The notes under the pieces were generated by a model. It ran no database searches. It saw only the letters and a list, made by a program, of their open reading frames with translations, and had not been told where the DNA came from. A stretch of DNA of 64,000 nucleotides, from positions 480,001 through 544,000 of the forward strand of contig CAWJQU010000004.1 of the NCBI GenBank assembly GCA_963845145.1, in the 5' to 3' direction. This stretch comes from an uncultured delta proteobacterium (GTDB lineage: Bacteria > Desulfobacterota > Desulfobacteria > Desulfobacterales > QNYZ01). This document shows, one piece after another, positions 35,244 to 46,519 of this stretch. Numbering within the stretch: position 1 is the first letter of the stretch; every line of letters begins with the position of its first letter. The position numbers and the translations under genes are program-made.

Positions 35244-36471
35244 TGGCTTCTGCTTTCCTCAGTACTTCGACGGCCAGATCCTGCCAGGTACCGATTCGGT
35301 TGCTGCAATTAATGCGGTCCAGAAAATCGGTATCAAGGCCCGCGTCGTCTTTGCTTAAATCAACCTGATCAAGAGGTTCCACTACCGAATGTCGATTAAC
35401 CATTACATTGGCCGCATGAACGGCAGCCAAGGGTGAAAAGCCTTTTACCGGGCTGCTTTCCGGATCATGGTGCCAGGCGATGGATTCGATGATGTGGTCG
35501 GATAACCCCCATATGCCCAGGAGGTAAGCCCCGATTTCAGCATGGGTTATTCCAAAGACGTCCATTTCCGCTGCGTGCCGGGTTATTTTTTCCTGTTTTA
35601 GGCGTTTGTCGACTTCCCGGTATGTTTCCGTAAGACCAGAGGCCAGGATCAATTTTCCCACATCGTGCAGGAGACCGGCCATGAAGGTGTCATCGATAAT
35701 CTCTTTCTCCTTGGTTTCCGCTTTGGCAATAGACTTGGCGACGGATGCCGTCATCAGCCCATGGGCGGAAAGTTTTTCAATATCGAGCCCGGCGATTTTT
35801 TTGGAAGAGAATTGGGAAAAAATACCGAAGGTGAGAACGAGCGCGTGAATGGTATCATACCCGAGAAAAACCACAGCTTCGGTAACGTCTGAGAATCGGC
35901 GCGGAATGCCGAAAAAAGCCGAATTCACCAGTTGAAGGATTTTGGACGTCATGCCCAGATCTTCGGAAATAATCTCTCCAACCTCTCGAATAGAGTAATC
36001 CGGTTGCCGGAGAACTTCCATGACCCGGGTATATATCGAGGGCAGCGAGGGCAGCGATTCCACCTGGGAGGCCACATTCAGTAAGCGTTCGTCTGCCAGT
36101 AACCCTCTTAAGGCACTGACACGGGATACGGTGTATTTCAGCAGTTCCGGATCGCATGGTTTGGCTAAAAACTGATGGGCCGCTTTAACGGTTTTCATGA
36201 TCATCTCGGCCTCAGCATGGCCTGAAAGTATGATCCGAACGGTCTGGGGAGAGCACTTTTTAACTTCGTTGAGCAATTCGTCTCCATTCATTTCCGGCAT
36301 GCGCATATCCGACACGATCACATCAAAGGTTTCGGTTTCCATGATCTTTAGTGTTTCGGCGCCGCTCAGGGCAAAGGTCATATCCCACTCTTTGCGGTAC
36401 TTACGAAGCATGCGTTGCAGCCCTTTGAGCACTTTGGCATCATCGTCGACGAAGATAAATTTTTTAGTCAT
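35236..36471 (-). CDS. REC + HDOD domain response regulator
   Basis: FVDDD and SDMRMP, then LPSLP, ILQLVNSAFFG, GLLHDVGKL and HAEIGAYLLGIWGL..HH. Confidence 0.9.
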   Translation of the reverse strand: MTKKFIFVDDDAKVLKGLQRMLRKYRKEWDMTFALSGAETLKIMETETFDVIVSDMRMPEMNGDELLNEVKKCSPQTVRIILSGHAEAEMIMKTVKAAHQFLAKPCDPELLKYTVSRVSALRGLLADERLLNVASQVESLPSLPSIYTRVMEVLRQPDYSIREVGEIISEDLGMTSKILQLVNSAFFGIPRRFSDVTEAVVFLGYDTIHALVLTFGIFSQFSSKKIAGLDIEKLSAHGLMTASVAKSIAKAETKEKEIIDDTFMAGLLHDVGKLILASGLTETYREVDKRLKQEKITRHAAEMDVFGITHAEIGAYLLGIWGLSDHIIESIAWHHDPESSPVKGFSPLAAVHAANVMVNRHSVVEPLDQVDLSKDDAGLDTDFLDRINCSNRIGTWQDLAVEVLRKAEANE

Positions 36472-38858
36472 GCTGGTACCTCAGTTGAAGGTGAACCGTT
36501 TAGTGGCAATTGAATGGTGAAGGTCGTTCCACAACCCTCTTCAGACTCACACGTGATGGTCCCCATGTGGTTTTCCGTGATTACCGTGTGGGCGATAGAC
36601 AACCCCTGCCCCGTTCCTTTTCCGACCTCTTTGGTCGTAAAAAAGGGATCGAAGATTCGATGCTTGATGTTCGCAGGGATGCCGGCCCCATTGTCGCGGA
36701 TTTCTATCTTGACAGCGTTGCCATTTGCACGGGTATTGATGTTGATGGTGCCTTTTTCCGTGTGGCCGTTTACCCTTTTTTCCATGGCGTGCGCGGCATT
36801 GACAATTATATTTAAAAATACCTGGTTTAATTCTCCGGGGTAGCATGAGACCGGCCCGATGGAATCGTCAAAGTCGGTTTTGATATCTGCTACATATTTC
36901 CATTCATTTCGTGCGACGGTGATGGTACTTTCAATGGCCTTGTTAAGGTTGATCGGTGTTTTTTCGTCCGATCCCGGATGAGAGAACTCTTTCATTGAGC
37001 GGACGATTTTGGAGACCCGCTCCACCCCTTCGAGGCTCTGTTCTATCGCCACAGGGATCTCTTCTTCCAAATATTCCAGGTCCGCATCTTCCAAGACCTG
37101 CTCCAGCTCTTTAACCAGGGGTTGAAATTCGTTGTTTGTCCTCACAGTATCAAGCAATTTTGCATAGCTTTTTAGAACGGATTTCATATCCCCGAACGCA
37201 TCTTCTAAAAAACGGGTGTTATCTCCCACGTATTGTGTCGGTGTATTGATTTCATGGGCGATTCCGGCGGCCAATTGCCCGATAGATTCAAGTTTTTGAG
37301 CCTGGTGGAGTTGTGCTTCCATTTTTTTCCTATCGGTTATGTCAATCACTATTCCGATCAACCCACCGATGGTGCCGTCGCGTTTGAAATATACGGACTT
37401 GGTTACCTCTATGTCTCGTATATTTTCCTCATGGTCAGGCAGCTGGATCGTATAACTTTGAATTTTATTAGGCTCTTTAATGAGTGCGAGGTCCTGCTTT
37501 TCGATCTCTTCGGCTGTATCCCGGGGATATATTTCAAAGGCGGTTTTCCCGATCACTTCCTCTGCGGTTAACCCTTTGAATTTCGAATAGGCGTTGTTCC
37601 AGAGACGGTACACCCCATTTTCTTCTTTAAAGTAGAGCGGGAAGGGGATATTATCCATCAGTTCGGATAGGAAATGGAGCTGCTCCTTTTGTTCCTCTTC
37701 CGCTTTTTTACGCTCTCTCAAATCGATAAAGGTTTCAATCAAGACGGGACGATCATTGATCACAGCCCGCTTCACTGTTTTGAGAATCGGTATAACCTCA
37801 CCGTTTGCTAAACGAAGTTTTCGTTCCGCGTGATCAATATCTTTTTGAAGGGTTATCACCGGACATCTGCCATTCTCGGCAGAGGCAGAAAAATTGAAGC
37901 ATTGTTTCCCCACAATCTGATTCTTTGGATAACCGATTAAATCAACGGCATATGGATTGGCATCGATGATAAGATGGGTTTCTGCGTCGATCACCAATAC
38001 ACCGGTAAGGACTGAAGCCAGAATGGTTTTCAAGTTTAATTCGCTCTTCTTGAGAAAGGCTTCACTTTGTTTGCGCTGGGTAATGTCCGTCACGGTAATC
38101 TGAATGGCCTGTTTACCATTCCATTCAACGACACGAACCCGATTGTCGACCCAGATTTTGGTGCCGTCTTTGCGAAGCCCCCTAAACTCATACTGGGAAG
38201 GCACTTTTTTTCCAGCCAGGCGGGCCAGTTGGTAGTCATACAGGCGGTCTTGTTCTTCGGGTGCTGCGATTTGGTGCAGCTCATCCAACTGCATCAACTC
38301 TTTTTCCGTATATCCGAAAATTTTAAGAAATGCTTTGTTGACAAAAACGGCCTTTGTGCCTTGATGGACAACAATCCCCTGGATCGACCCTTCGACCAGA
38401 TCTCGAAAACGGCGTTCGTTTTCTGCAGCCTGGGCGGTTCGCTCCTCGATCATCTTTTCCAGATTGTCCCGATATTTTCTTTCGGATTTTTCAAGCCTCA
38501 GGCGTTTTAAGGCGTTTTCAACATTGATGAAAACATGGTTTCGTTCGATAGGTTTAACGATGTACCCGTAAACACCAATATCCAACACCTTTTTGATTTT
38601 ATCGGGGTCGTCCATGGAGGATACAATGATAATCGCCGTATCAATAAACACCGTTTTAATATATTTTGCCAGCTCCACCCCCGACTCGCCGGCCATATAG
38701 ATATCGGTGATGACCAGATCGAAGGTTTTCTCATCCAGCTGTTTGCGAGCTTCGGCGGCGTTGGCCGCCAGTTCACATTTGTAGCCGCAGCTGTTGAGAT
38801 ATTTTTTTAGCAATTGTCTGACGTGGGTTTCGTCATCCACAATCAAGATTCTTTCCAT
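36468..38858 (-). CDS. Hybrid sensor histidine kinase REC-PAS-PAS-PAS-HisKA-HATPase
   Basis: GAGGA RBS before ATG 38858. ILIVDDE, PAS/PAC DIT.RK repeats, H-box AHEINTP, NIIVNA, DNGAG, FDPFFTTK and GTGQGL. Confidence 0.92.
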   Translation of the reverse strand: MERILIVDDETHVRQLLKKYLNSCGYKCELAANAAEARKQLDEKTFDLVITDIYMAGESGVELAKYIKTVFIDTAIIIVSSMDDPDKIKKVLDIGVYGYIVKPIERNHVFINVENALKRLRLEKSERKYRDNLEKMIEERTAQAAENERRFRDLVEGSIQGIVVHQGTKAVFVNKAFLKIFGYTEKELMQLDELHQIAAPEEQDRLYDYQLARLAGKKVPSQYEFRGLRKDGTKIWVDNRVRVVEWNGKQAIQITVTDITQRKQSEAFLKKSELNLKTILASVLTGVLVIDAETHLIIDANPYAVDLIGYPKNQIVGKQCFNFSASAENGRCPVITLQKDIDHAERKLRLANGEVIPILKTVKRAVINDRPVLIETFIDLRERKKAEEEQKEQLHFLSELMDNIPFPLYFKEENGVYRLWNNAYSKFKGLTAEEVIGKTAFEIYPRDTAEEIEKQDLALIKEPNKIQSYTIQLPDHEENIRDIEVTKSVYFKRDGTIGGLIGIVIDITDRKKMEAQLHQAQKLESIGQLAAGIAHEINTPTQYVGDNTRFLEDAFGDMKSVLKSYAKLLDTVRTNNEFQPLVKELEQVLEDADLEYLEEEIPVAIEQSLEGVERVSKIVRSMKEFSHPGSDEKTPINLNKAIESTITVARNEWKYVADIKTDFDDSIGPVSCYPGELNQVFLNIIVNAAHAMEKRVNGHTEKGTININTRANGNAVKIEIRDNGAGIPANIKHRIFDPFFTTKEVGKGTGQGLSIAHTVITENHMGTITCESEEGCGTTFTIQLPLNGSPSTEVPA

Positions 38859-38988
38859 ATCATCCTCTTTAGTCGCCCGGGTGAAAACGGTCATCCATTT
38901 TCTATCTGCCCGTAATAAAGATATCGGCCGGATAGCGAAAAAGAAGAGGATGAAAAAACAGTTATGAATCAGTGATAAAAATTCACTG

Positions 38989-39852
38989 TTATTGGAGCGT
39001 GTTCAGAAAAGTGTTGAGATGTGTTTTCTTGTTTTTCAGGCCGAGTTTGGTACGAATATGGTATCGGTGGGTCATGATGGTATTGGTTGAAAGATTCATG
39101 ATGGCGGCTATTTCTTTGGTGGATTTGCCCTGTTTGATCAGATCGGCCACCTGAATCTCATTGGGAGTCAGGGCATGAAAAGCGGATGAAAGCGTTTTAA
39201 CAAAGGGTGAGGCGATCTCTTCAAGGTTTACTTGTATCAGGCCTAACATGCGTTGATGTCTGGGCGACAGGCGAAATTTTTGTAATCTTTCCAAATTTGG
39301 CATGATCACTTTTCGGATATTGTTTAAAACCTGATCACCCATGTCCAGTTTATCTTGATCACGCTTTTTTAGCAACACATTCAGGGCGTTATCCAAGGCC
39401 TGGTACCCTGTTTCCATTTCCTGGTGGTCGGCCTTTAGTTGTGTAACCATTTCACGATGAGACGTAACGGCCTGTTCGAGGTGCCGTCTTTGCAATGCGT
39501 ACGCGACGGCAATGATTGCCTGGCGACGGATCACAGGTTTTAAAATATGTCCGTAAAAATTTAACGCGGCTATTTGCCTGGCGAATTTGAGGCTGTTAAT
39601 TGCCGATACGATGACGACGCCCATATCCGGATAATCCGATTGAAGGTTTCGGCATCTATCAAGATCGGCGATGTCGGGTTGGGACAAACCGAAAAGCAGC
39701 AAGTCATAAGCGGTACTGTCGAGAAAAGATCGGGCACGGGCGGCGCTGGTTGTCGATCGGCATAAATACCCTTCCGATGTCAATGTGGCCATCAGCAACC
39801 GGCGAGCGTCTTTTTGTTTGTCTACGACGAGCAGGCGATGGCTATTATCGAT
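38989..39852 (-). CDS. Pseudo-receiver + LuxR-type HTH regulator (start codon uncertain)
   Basis: C-terminal LTPNEIQVADLIKQGKSTKEIAAIMNLSTNTIMTHRYHIRTKLG. The REC domain lacks the phospho-Asp (LLLFG). AGGAGG precedes an in-frame ATC at 39852. Confidence 0.8.
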   Translation of the reverse strand: MDNSHRLLVVDKQKDARRLLMATLTSEGYLCRSTTSAARARSFLDSTAYDLLLFGLSQPDIADLDRCRNLQSDYPDMGVVIVSAINSLKFARQIAALNFYGHILKPVIRRQAIIAVAYALQRRHLEQAVTSHREMVTQLKADHQEMETGYQALDNALNVLLKKRDQDKLDMGDQVLNNIRKVIMPNLERLQKFRLSPRHQRMLGLIQVNLEEIASPFVKTLSSAFHALTPNEIQVADLIKQGKSTKEIAAIMNLSTNTIMTHRYHIRTKLGLKNKKTHLNTFLNTLQ

Positions 39853-42800
39853 GCAAGACCTCCTGTACTTTAGCGATAAGTTCCCGGACGGTAAACGGTT
39901 TTTGAATAAAGGGCGTATCGGAGTCGAGTATGCCGTGGTGAACAATGGCGCTGTCCGTGTAGCCGGACATGTAGAGTACCTTGAGCTCAGGGCGGGTTTT
40001 TTTCAGGCGTTTTATCAGGGCCGCACCCCCCACTCCCGGCATAATCACATCGGTAATCACCAGGTCCGGTTCCAGGCCATACTCTTCAATCAAAAGCAGG
40101 GCCTCCCCACCATTAGCGGCAATCTTCACTTGGTAGTCAAGTTTTGTAAGCACTTTGATCATTAGCCTCCGCACGGATTTCTCATCTTCCACAACGATGA
40201 TTAGTTCACCGTGACCCTGGATATTATCCCTTTCGGGGCTCTTTTTTTCAATTGTCTTTTCGGCATCGATAATGGGCAAGTAGACCTTAAAAGTCGTGCC
40301 ATGGCCGCGCTCGGAGTAGACCCAGATATTTCCCCCGGATTGTTTGACAATACCGTACACGGTGGAAAGCCCCAGGCCGGTCCCCTGATTTTTTCCCTTA
40401 GTGGTAAAAAATGGTTCGAATACCTTTAATAGTGTATCGTTATCCATGCCGAAACCGGTGTCCGTGATGGCAACCATGGCATATCTCCCCGGAATGACAC
40501 TCGGGTGATCATCTGCATATATTCGGTCCAGCTCGATATTGGTGCTTTCGATTAATAGTTTGCCGCCCATAGGCATTGCATCCCGGGCATTGACTGAGAT
40601 ATTCATGATAACCTGTTCGATCTGGCCGGGGTCGGCCATGACAAGCCCAAGATTCTCGGCGAGTAAGAGGTTCAACTCAATATCCTCACCGATTAGGCGG
40701 CCCAGCATCTTTTCAAGATTTGAAATGATGTCATTGAGGTCCAACACGGTAGGTTGAAGGGTCTGCTTGCGGCTGAAGGCCAGCAATTGACGCGTCAACG
40801 CCGCCGAGCGGCGCCCGGCCTCCATGATTTCTTTGACATCTTCGCGCATGGGATCGCCGGTGTGGAGCTGGTCCAATAGACTTTCACCATAGCCGAGAAT
40901 AATGCTCAGCATGTTATTAAAATCGTGGGCGACTCCTCCGGCCAAGCGTCCAATGGCTTCAACCTTCTGAGCCTGCTGCAACTGCTCCTGTAATTGTTTT
41001 TTTTCTTTGCGGATACGAATTTGTCGGGTGATGTCTCTTTTAACAGCCACATAATTAATAATTTTTCCGGCCGTATCGAACACGGGCGATATCGTGGCAT
41101 CTTCGGTTATCAGTTGTCCCTCTTTGGTACGGTTGATGATTATTCCCCGCCAGGTTTTCCCACTGGAAATCGTTTCCCATAAATTCAGATAAAAAAGATC
41201 ATCATGTTTGCCGCTTTTAAGAATGCGTGGGGTCTGCCCGATGGCTTCGCTGCTGGAATAACCGGTTATGCTGTTCGAAGACCGGGTTGACGTATTCAAT
41301 CGTTCCTTCAACGTCGGTAATGATCACATCTTCACCGGTTTGCTCAATAGCGGCGATCATTTGCTCGCGATCTTTTTCAAGTAATTTACGGTCGATATAG
41401 TTACCCAGATCACGGGAGATCTGTTCCATCATTTTAACCGTCGTTTCACCATGGACACCCGGAGTGATCATCGTTTTGAAGGATCAGGGTCCCAATAAAT
41501 TTCTCGCCGGAAAAGAGCGGGAGCCCTAGCCAAACTTCAGAAATTTTATCGGTAATATCAATCTTGTCTTTTTGTGCCAGTTCTTTAATTTTCTCACTAG
41601 ATAGTAGAAAGGGTTTGTTTTCCCGCTTTACCCGTTTGCTCAGAAATTTAGCGAGTTTCCAGGAGCCAGAAGTGGTATCATTTTCGTCCTTACTATACAG
41701 GGGGCGTTCCAGGCCACTCTTTTGATCATATAAAAAAAGAAATAATTGATTAACGTCGATTAGTTCGGCCAACTCCTCTTTAATGATGGTAAAACTCTCT
41801 TCCAGGTTCACCGTCGTAACCATCGCGTTGGCAATATTGTACTGGGCTTTTTGAATCATTGCTATTCGTTTTTGAACGGTGATGTCTTCACCAATCGCCT
41901 GGTAGGATACGGCTTTTCCCTGGGAATCGAATAGCGCACGGTTGGTCCACCGTTGCCAGGTGATATCTCCGTTACCAGAGATGACCTGATGTTCATGCGA
42001 TTGTATCGGTGAATCAATCGTCAGCGCTCTGATATTGGTCATCATGGACTCCCTGGCGGAGTCATGAATGAAAGATTGAATATTAGAACCGACTAATTCC
42101 TGCGACGATTTGGTAAAATATTCACAATAGTTTTTATTCACAAACGTGATCTCGCCGCTGGGTAAAAAGCAGCAAATTAAACCCGGCATATCCTCCACAA
42201 CCCCACGATAGCGTTCTTCGCTTTCCCTTAGTGCGGATAGGGACTGTCTGCGCTCGGAAATATCACGGGACACGCCGTGAATCCCCATAATGGTCCCGTC
42301 GGCGTCCCTCATCCATTTTACCTTGTTCTCTAACCAGAACGTGCTGCCATCTTTCTTGTAACTTTCCGTTTCAATGGTAAATGTCTGATCCAATTGCGGT
42401 TCTTTTTGTTCCTTTTCAAATTCAGTGGCAAGAAGTGTGAGCGACCTTTCCGCGGATTCGGGGGTCATCATATCGGCGAGAGACTGGCTTTTACGTTCCT
42501 CCTCAGAAAAACCCAACATTTTCACGGCGGACGGACTCATATAGGTGGTGCGAAAATCCAGATCGGTGGTCCAGACGATATCCGCCATATTATCCGTCAG
42601 AAATCTGAAGTGGGCTTCGCTTTCCTGCAACAATGTTTCAGCGATTTTTTGCTGTGTGACGTCAAAAACGATGCCTTCGTAATGGGTCGGTTTCCCCTCA
42701 CCATCGAAATAAGCACGGGTACTATTGGAAACCCATTTGCGTGAACCGTCTTTACACTGCACTTCAAGTTCGAAATTTTCTACGGATCCCTGTTTTTTGA

Positions 42801-44094
42801 GGGTTTGTTGATATCGGCGACGATCTTCCGGATTGGCATAATACTGTGATGAGATATCGCTGATTTCAGATACAAGCTGTTGGGGAGATTGATAACCTAA
42901 CATTCTTGCAAAAGCGGGGTTTACAGTCGTAAAACGGCCTTCGGGCGTACTTTGAAAAAAACCGGCCACCGAATGTTGAAAAATCCGGCGATATTTCTCC
43001 TCGCTTTCCTGTAGAGCTTTTTCGGTATGATGGCGTTCGGTAATGTCAGTCGCAATGCCGACAATTTCCTCTGTTTTTCCATTTTTCAAAACGGGGGACT
43101 CATGGACTTCTACCCGGAATATTCGGCCCTTTTTACTCTTCAGCTCCAGCTCGTAGGGCGGCTGACGCTTGCCGGTCCGGATAGCCTCCTCTGTCGCTTC
43201 ATGCCCTTTTTTATTAATCGGGTTATCCGTGATAAACTCGGTCCATTTAGTCATCGCCTCTTCCGGTTCGCAATCAAAAAACGCACGGCATTGGGGACTG
43301 AGATAGGTAAAATGATGCGTTGTCGTATGCGAATAAAAAAGATCGCTGCTGTGCTCAATAATGTTTCGCAGCCTCTCCTCATTGTTTTTATGGTCCGCTA
43401 CCATTCGATGTCGTTGAGCTTTCTCGGTTGTTAGCTTTCGTTTGAATTTTAAAATGATGAATGCCCCGATAAACACAGCTACGACAACCGTAAGGCCGGC
43501 ACCCCAGGCGGTTTTTAGCCAAGGAAATTTCGTAGTGGCTTCCGGTTCGTAAAAGATGCCGTCAAAGGAAAAATCAGGATCGATCATCACCCCGGTATGG
43601 GAGAGGTCATATTCCCACCCTCGAAGGGAGGCGCCTGCTATCCGTTTTACGCGAGTCGGGTGCTTTTCGACCTCCTGAGTAGATGTAAACTGGGTAGATG
43701 TAAACTGGGTAGATGTAGACTGGGTTGATGTAAGCTGGGTGGATATAAAGAGGGCGTCGCTGTAAAAATCGACGCCATAGGTTTGGGGCGAAATGATTGT
43801 GGTTTCCATCCGCAGCTGTTTAAGCTGCCACGGTTCGGTGGTGGCATAGGCGCTGACCGCATCTACCCGACCCTCAATGATTTCGACATCCAAACCGGCT
43901 AGCCGATAAAATCCTTTGTCCAGGGCAGCGTAGTAACCCGCAAATTGGAACGGATGCTTCCTTGGTAGTTGTAAAACGATCTTGTCGGATGCAAGGGCGG
44001 TCAGTGATTGAAAAAATGTCACCAACAAGCAGATGAGAGAGATTAAAACGGAACGTCCCAGGCCGGATGATGCTAAAGAAGTGCGTATCAGCAA
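39845..44094 (-). pseudogene. Large hybrid kinase (NMT1/THI5-like sensor, TM, multiple PAS, GAF, PAS, HisKA, HATPase, REC) broken by two +1 frameshifts
   Basis: ORFs 41446-44094, 41217-41471 and 39845-41311 join into one continuous protein if one base is removed near 41466 and one near 41270. H-box AHDFNN, FEPFFTTK and REC ITDVIMPG are present. Confidence 0.8.
43675..43749. repeat. 15-bp tandem repeat x5, in frame (x-T-S-T-Q)
   Basis: CTGAGTAGATGTAAA CTGGGTAGATGTAAA CTGGGTAGATGTAGA CTGGGTTGATGTAAG CTGGGTGGATATAAA. Confidence 0.9.
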
Positions 44095-44460
44095 GTCTGT
44101 TTTCCTTCAATCGGGTGAAAGAGGGATAATCGAATTTAGCGCTTTGGGTTTAACCGATTATTGATTCATGTTGCAACTACCTTATCTATGGATGCCATGC
44201 AGCAACCCATTTGATTCAATCACAATGAAATCTACATTTGGGCGGCTCGGAATTTTAAGTAAATAAATCAAATCTATCGTTCTCGGATGTGCGATTCTAA
44301 TGGAAAAGTCATCTTGCGGTTTATGACAATTATGTATTATCATAATAACCAAAAGCTATCATTTTTGGCCCGGCAAAGCCAGAGGAATTATTTCGATCTA
44401 AAAAAGCAGGGTATCACCCAAATTTTACCCAAATCAACCTGAGGTTAAAACAGGCGTTCA

Positions 44461-45987
44461 ATGAATCGTATCCCCGAAGTGATGTTTTTATACAAGATAA
44501 GCAAGGTGCTCGGCGAAGATTTAGATTTAAAAAGCTCTTTGTACAAGGTACTCGAGATTCTCTCGGCTTCCCTGGAAATGGAACGCGGGACGGTCTGCTT
44601 GAGGGATCCTGTAAAGGATGAAATTGTTATCGAGGTGGCGCACGGCCTGAGTGAAAACGCCATGCGCCGGGGGCGTTACAAAATTGGCGAGGGAATCACG
44701 GGCGGCGTTATTGCCACCGGAAAAGCGGTCACTATCCCCAAGATCAGTGAAGAACCGCTTTTTCTTGATCGAACAGCATCTCGTCCGAATAACTCCGATT
44801 CGGAGGCGTCTTTTATCTGTGTACCGGTCAAAAGAGGCAATACAGTGATTGGCGCTTTGAGCGTGGATCGGGCCTATGATCCATCCTATTCGCTTGAAAC
44901 CGGAAGGCGCATGCTCTCCATTGTTGCCGTGATGATTGCCATGCATGTTGTCAACCTGGAAACGATTCGGCTTGAGAGTAAGCGACTGCGACAGGAGAAT
45001 CGACGCCTTCAGACCGAGTTGGAGAATAAGTATCGCATTCAGAATATCGTTGGCAACAGCAACAAGATGCGGGAAGTGTATCAGATGATCTCGCAGGTGT
45101 GCCAAAGCAATACGAACGTCCTCATACGAGGCGAGAGCGGTACAGGCAAGGAACTGGTGGCCAACTCCCTTCACTATAACAGCCAGCGCGCCCACAACCC
45201 CTTTGTCAAGGTCAACTGTGCCGCCCTGCCGGCCAGCCTCATTGAAAGCGAATTGTTTGGTCATGAAAAGGGGGCTTTTACCGGCGCTATCCGGCAAAAA
45301 ATCGGTAAATTTGAACTGGCCCATAAAGGGACGATTTTTCTAGATGAAATCGGTTCCATCGGTGCAGATATACAGGCAACCTTGTTGCGGGTAATTCAGG
45401 CCAAGGAGTTCGAGCGTGTGGGCGGGGATAAAACCATACGCAGTGATGTACGGGTTCTGGCGGCCACCAATAAAAATCTGGAAGAAGCCGTGGAAGCCGG
45501 AACATTCAGAGAAGATCTTTACTATCGGTTGAATGTGTTTCCCATTTTTATTCCGCCCCTGCGGGAGCGCAAAACCGATATTTTGCTCTTGGCTGACCAT
45601 TTTCTTGAAAAATATGCCAGGGAAAATGGCAAAACCATTCGGCGTTTTTCGACACCGGCCATCAATATGCTCATCGACTATCACTGGCCGGGAAACGTGC
45701 GGGAGCTGGAAAACTGTATTGAGCGGGCGACCCTGCTCTGTATCGATGGGGTCATTCACGGGTATCACTTGCCACCCACGCTTCAAACCGGCACGGCTTC
45801 GAATACGTTGCCTTCGCTATCCCTGGACGGGGCGGTTGAACATCTGGAAAGAGACATGATCATCGATGCCCTTAAAAATACGCGCGGCAATGTCAGCCAG
45901 GCGGCCACCTTGCTTAAAACAACCATGAGAAAATTTTCTTATAAGTCCAAAAAGTACGATATTCGTTTCCAAGCGTACCGAAAATAG
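44461..45987 (+). CDS. Sigma54-dependent activator, NifA-like architecture (GAF-AAA+-Fis HTH)
   Basis: N-terminal GAF, GESGTGKE, ESELFGHEKGAFTGA, FLDEIG, FREDLYYRLNV, WPGNVRELEN and a C-terminal HTH. Confidence 0.92.
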   Translation: MNRIPEVMFLYKISKVLGEDLDLKSSLYKVLEILSASLEMERGTVCLRDPVKDEIVIEVAHGLSENAMRRGRYKIGEGITGGVIATGKAVTIPKISEEPLFLDRTASRPNNSDSEASFICVPVKRGNTVIGALSVDRAYDPSYSLETGRRMLSIVAVMIAMHVVNLETIRLESKRLRQENRRLQTELENKYRIQNIVGNSNKMREVYQMISQVCQSNTNVLIRGESGTGKELVANSLHYNSQRAHNPFVKVNCAALPASLIESELFGHEKGAFTGAIRQKIGKFELAHKGTIFLDEIGSIGADIQATLLRVIQAKEFERVGGDKTIRSDVRVLAATNKNLEEAVEAGTFREDLYYRLNVFPIFIPPLRERKTDILLLADHFLEKYARENGKTIRRFSTPAINMLIDYHWPGNVRELENCIERATLLCIDGVIHGYHLPPTLQTGTASNTLPSLSLDGAVEHLERDMIIDALKNTRGNVSQAATLLKTTMRKFSYKSKKYDIRFQAYRK

Positions 45988-46180
45988 GGGGTCGGTAGCC
46001 GTGAGACCGATTGAGGCCGTCTTTTAAACATCGTATCGCAATCCATGTCATTGGGATTACGTGGTAAGTTGTCCTAATACCGAGCCATAAAATCTCAATC
46101 CAGAAGATCATCTTCAGTAACCATTATGAAAATTTAATATTTACAATGTATTATTGTCTTTTTCGAAGCGCTATTAGAGG

Positions 46181-46196
46181 TGGCATATAATTTGCT
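46181..46196 (+). promoter_or_regulatory. Sigma54 (-24/-12) promoter
   Basis: TGGCATATAATTTGCT, with GG(46182-83)-N10-GC(46194-95). It lies directly downstream of a sigma54 activator gene and is preceded by an AT-rich tract. Confidence 0.8.
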
Positions 46197-46519
46197 TTAA
46201 CTATATGGGTGCATAGGGCAACTGTACAAGAAGTAATAAGATTTGAGATACCTGGCTGACTTTGACTTAATATAAGACCTTCAAAATCAGGTAAGATATA
46301 CGTGAAATAGAAACAGAATTACCGTGTAATTTTATATGATTGACTTGACAATTTAACTTGCACTCAGTATTTGAACGGCAGTAATGTACTTTAATCACGA
46401 ATAATACGGCTTTTGTCAACGCAACATTTTCTTATTTTTTTAATTTTTCCTAGGCCAGCGTTTGTCGCCATTGCGCGAATATTACTTTCACCCGTTGAAA
46501 GTGGATTATTACGACCTTG

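Noticed and set aside
44527..45324. 265-aa minus-strand ORF
   Set aside because: Antisense shadow of the sigma54 activator with no motifs.
44461..45987. Calling the activator nifA
   Set aside because: The architecture matches, but no nif genes are nearby and no clear TGT-N10-ACA site was seen upstream of the sigma54 promoter.
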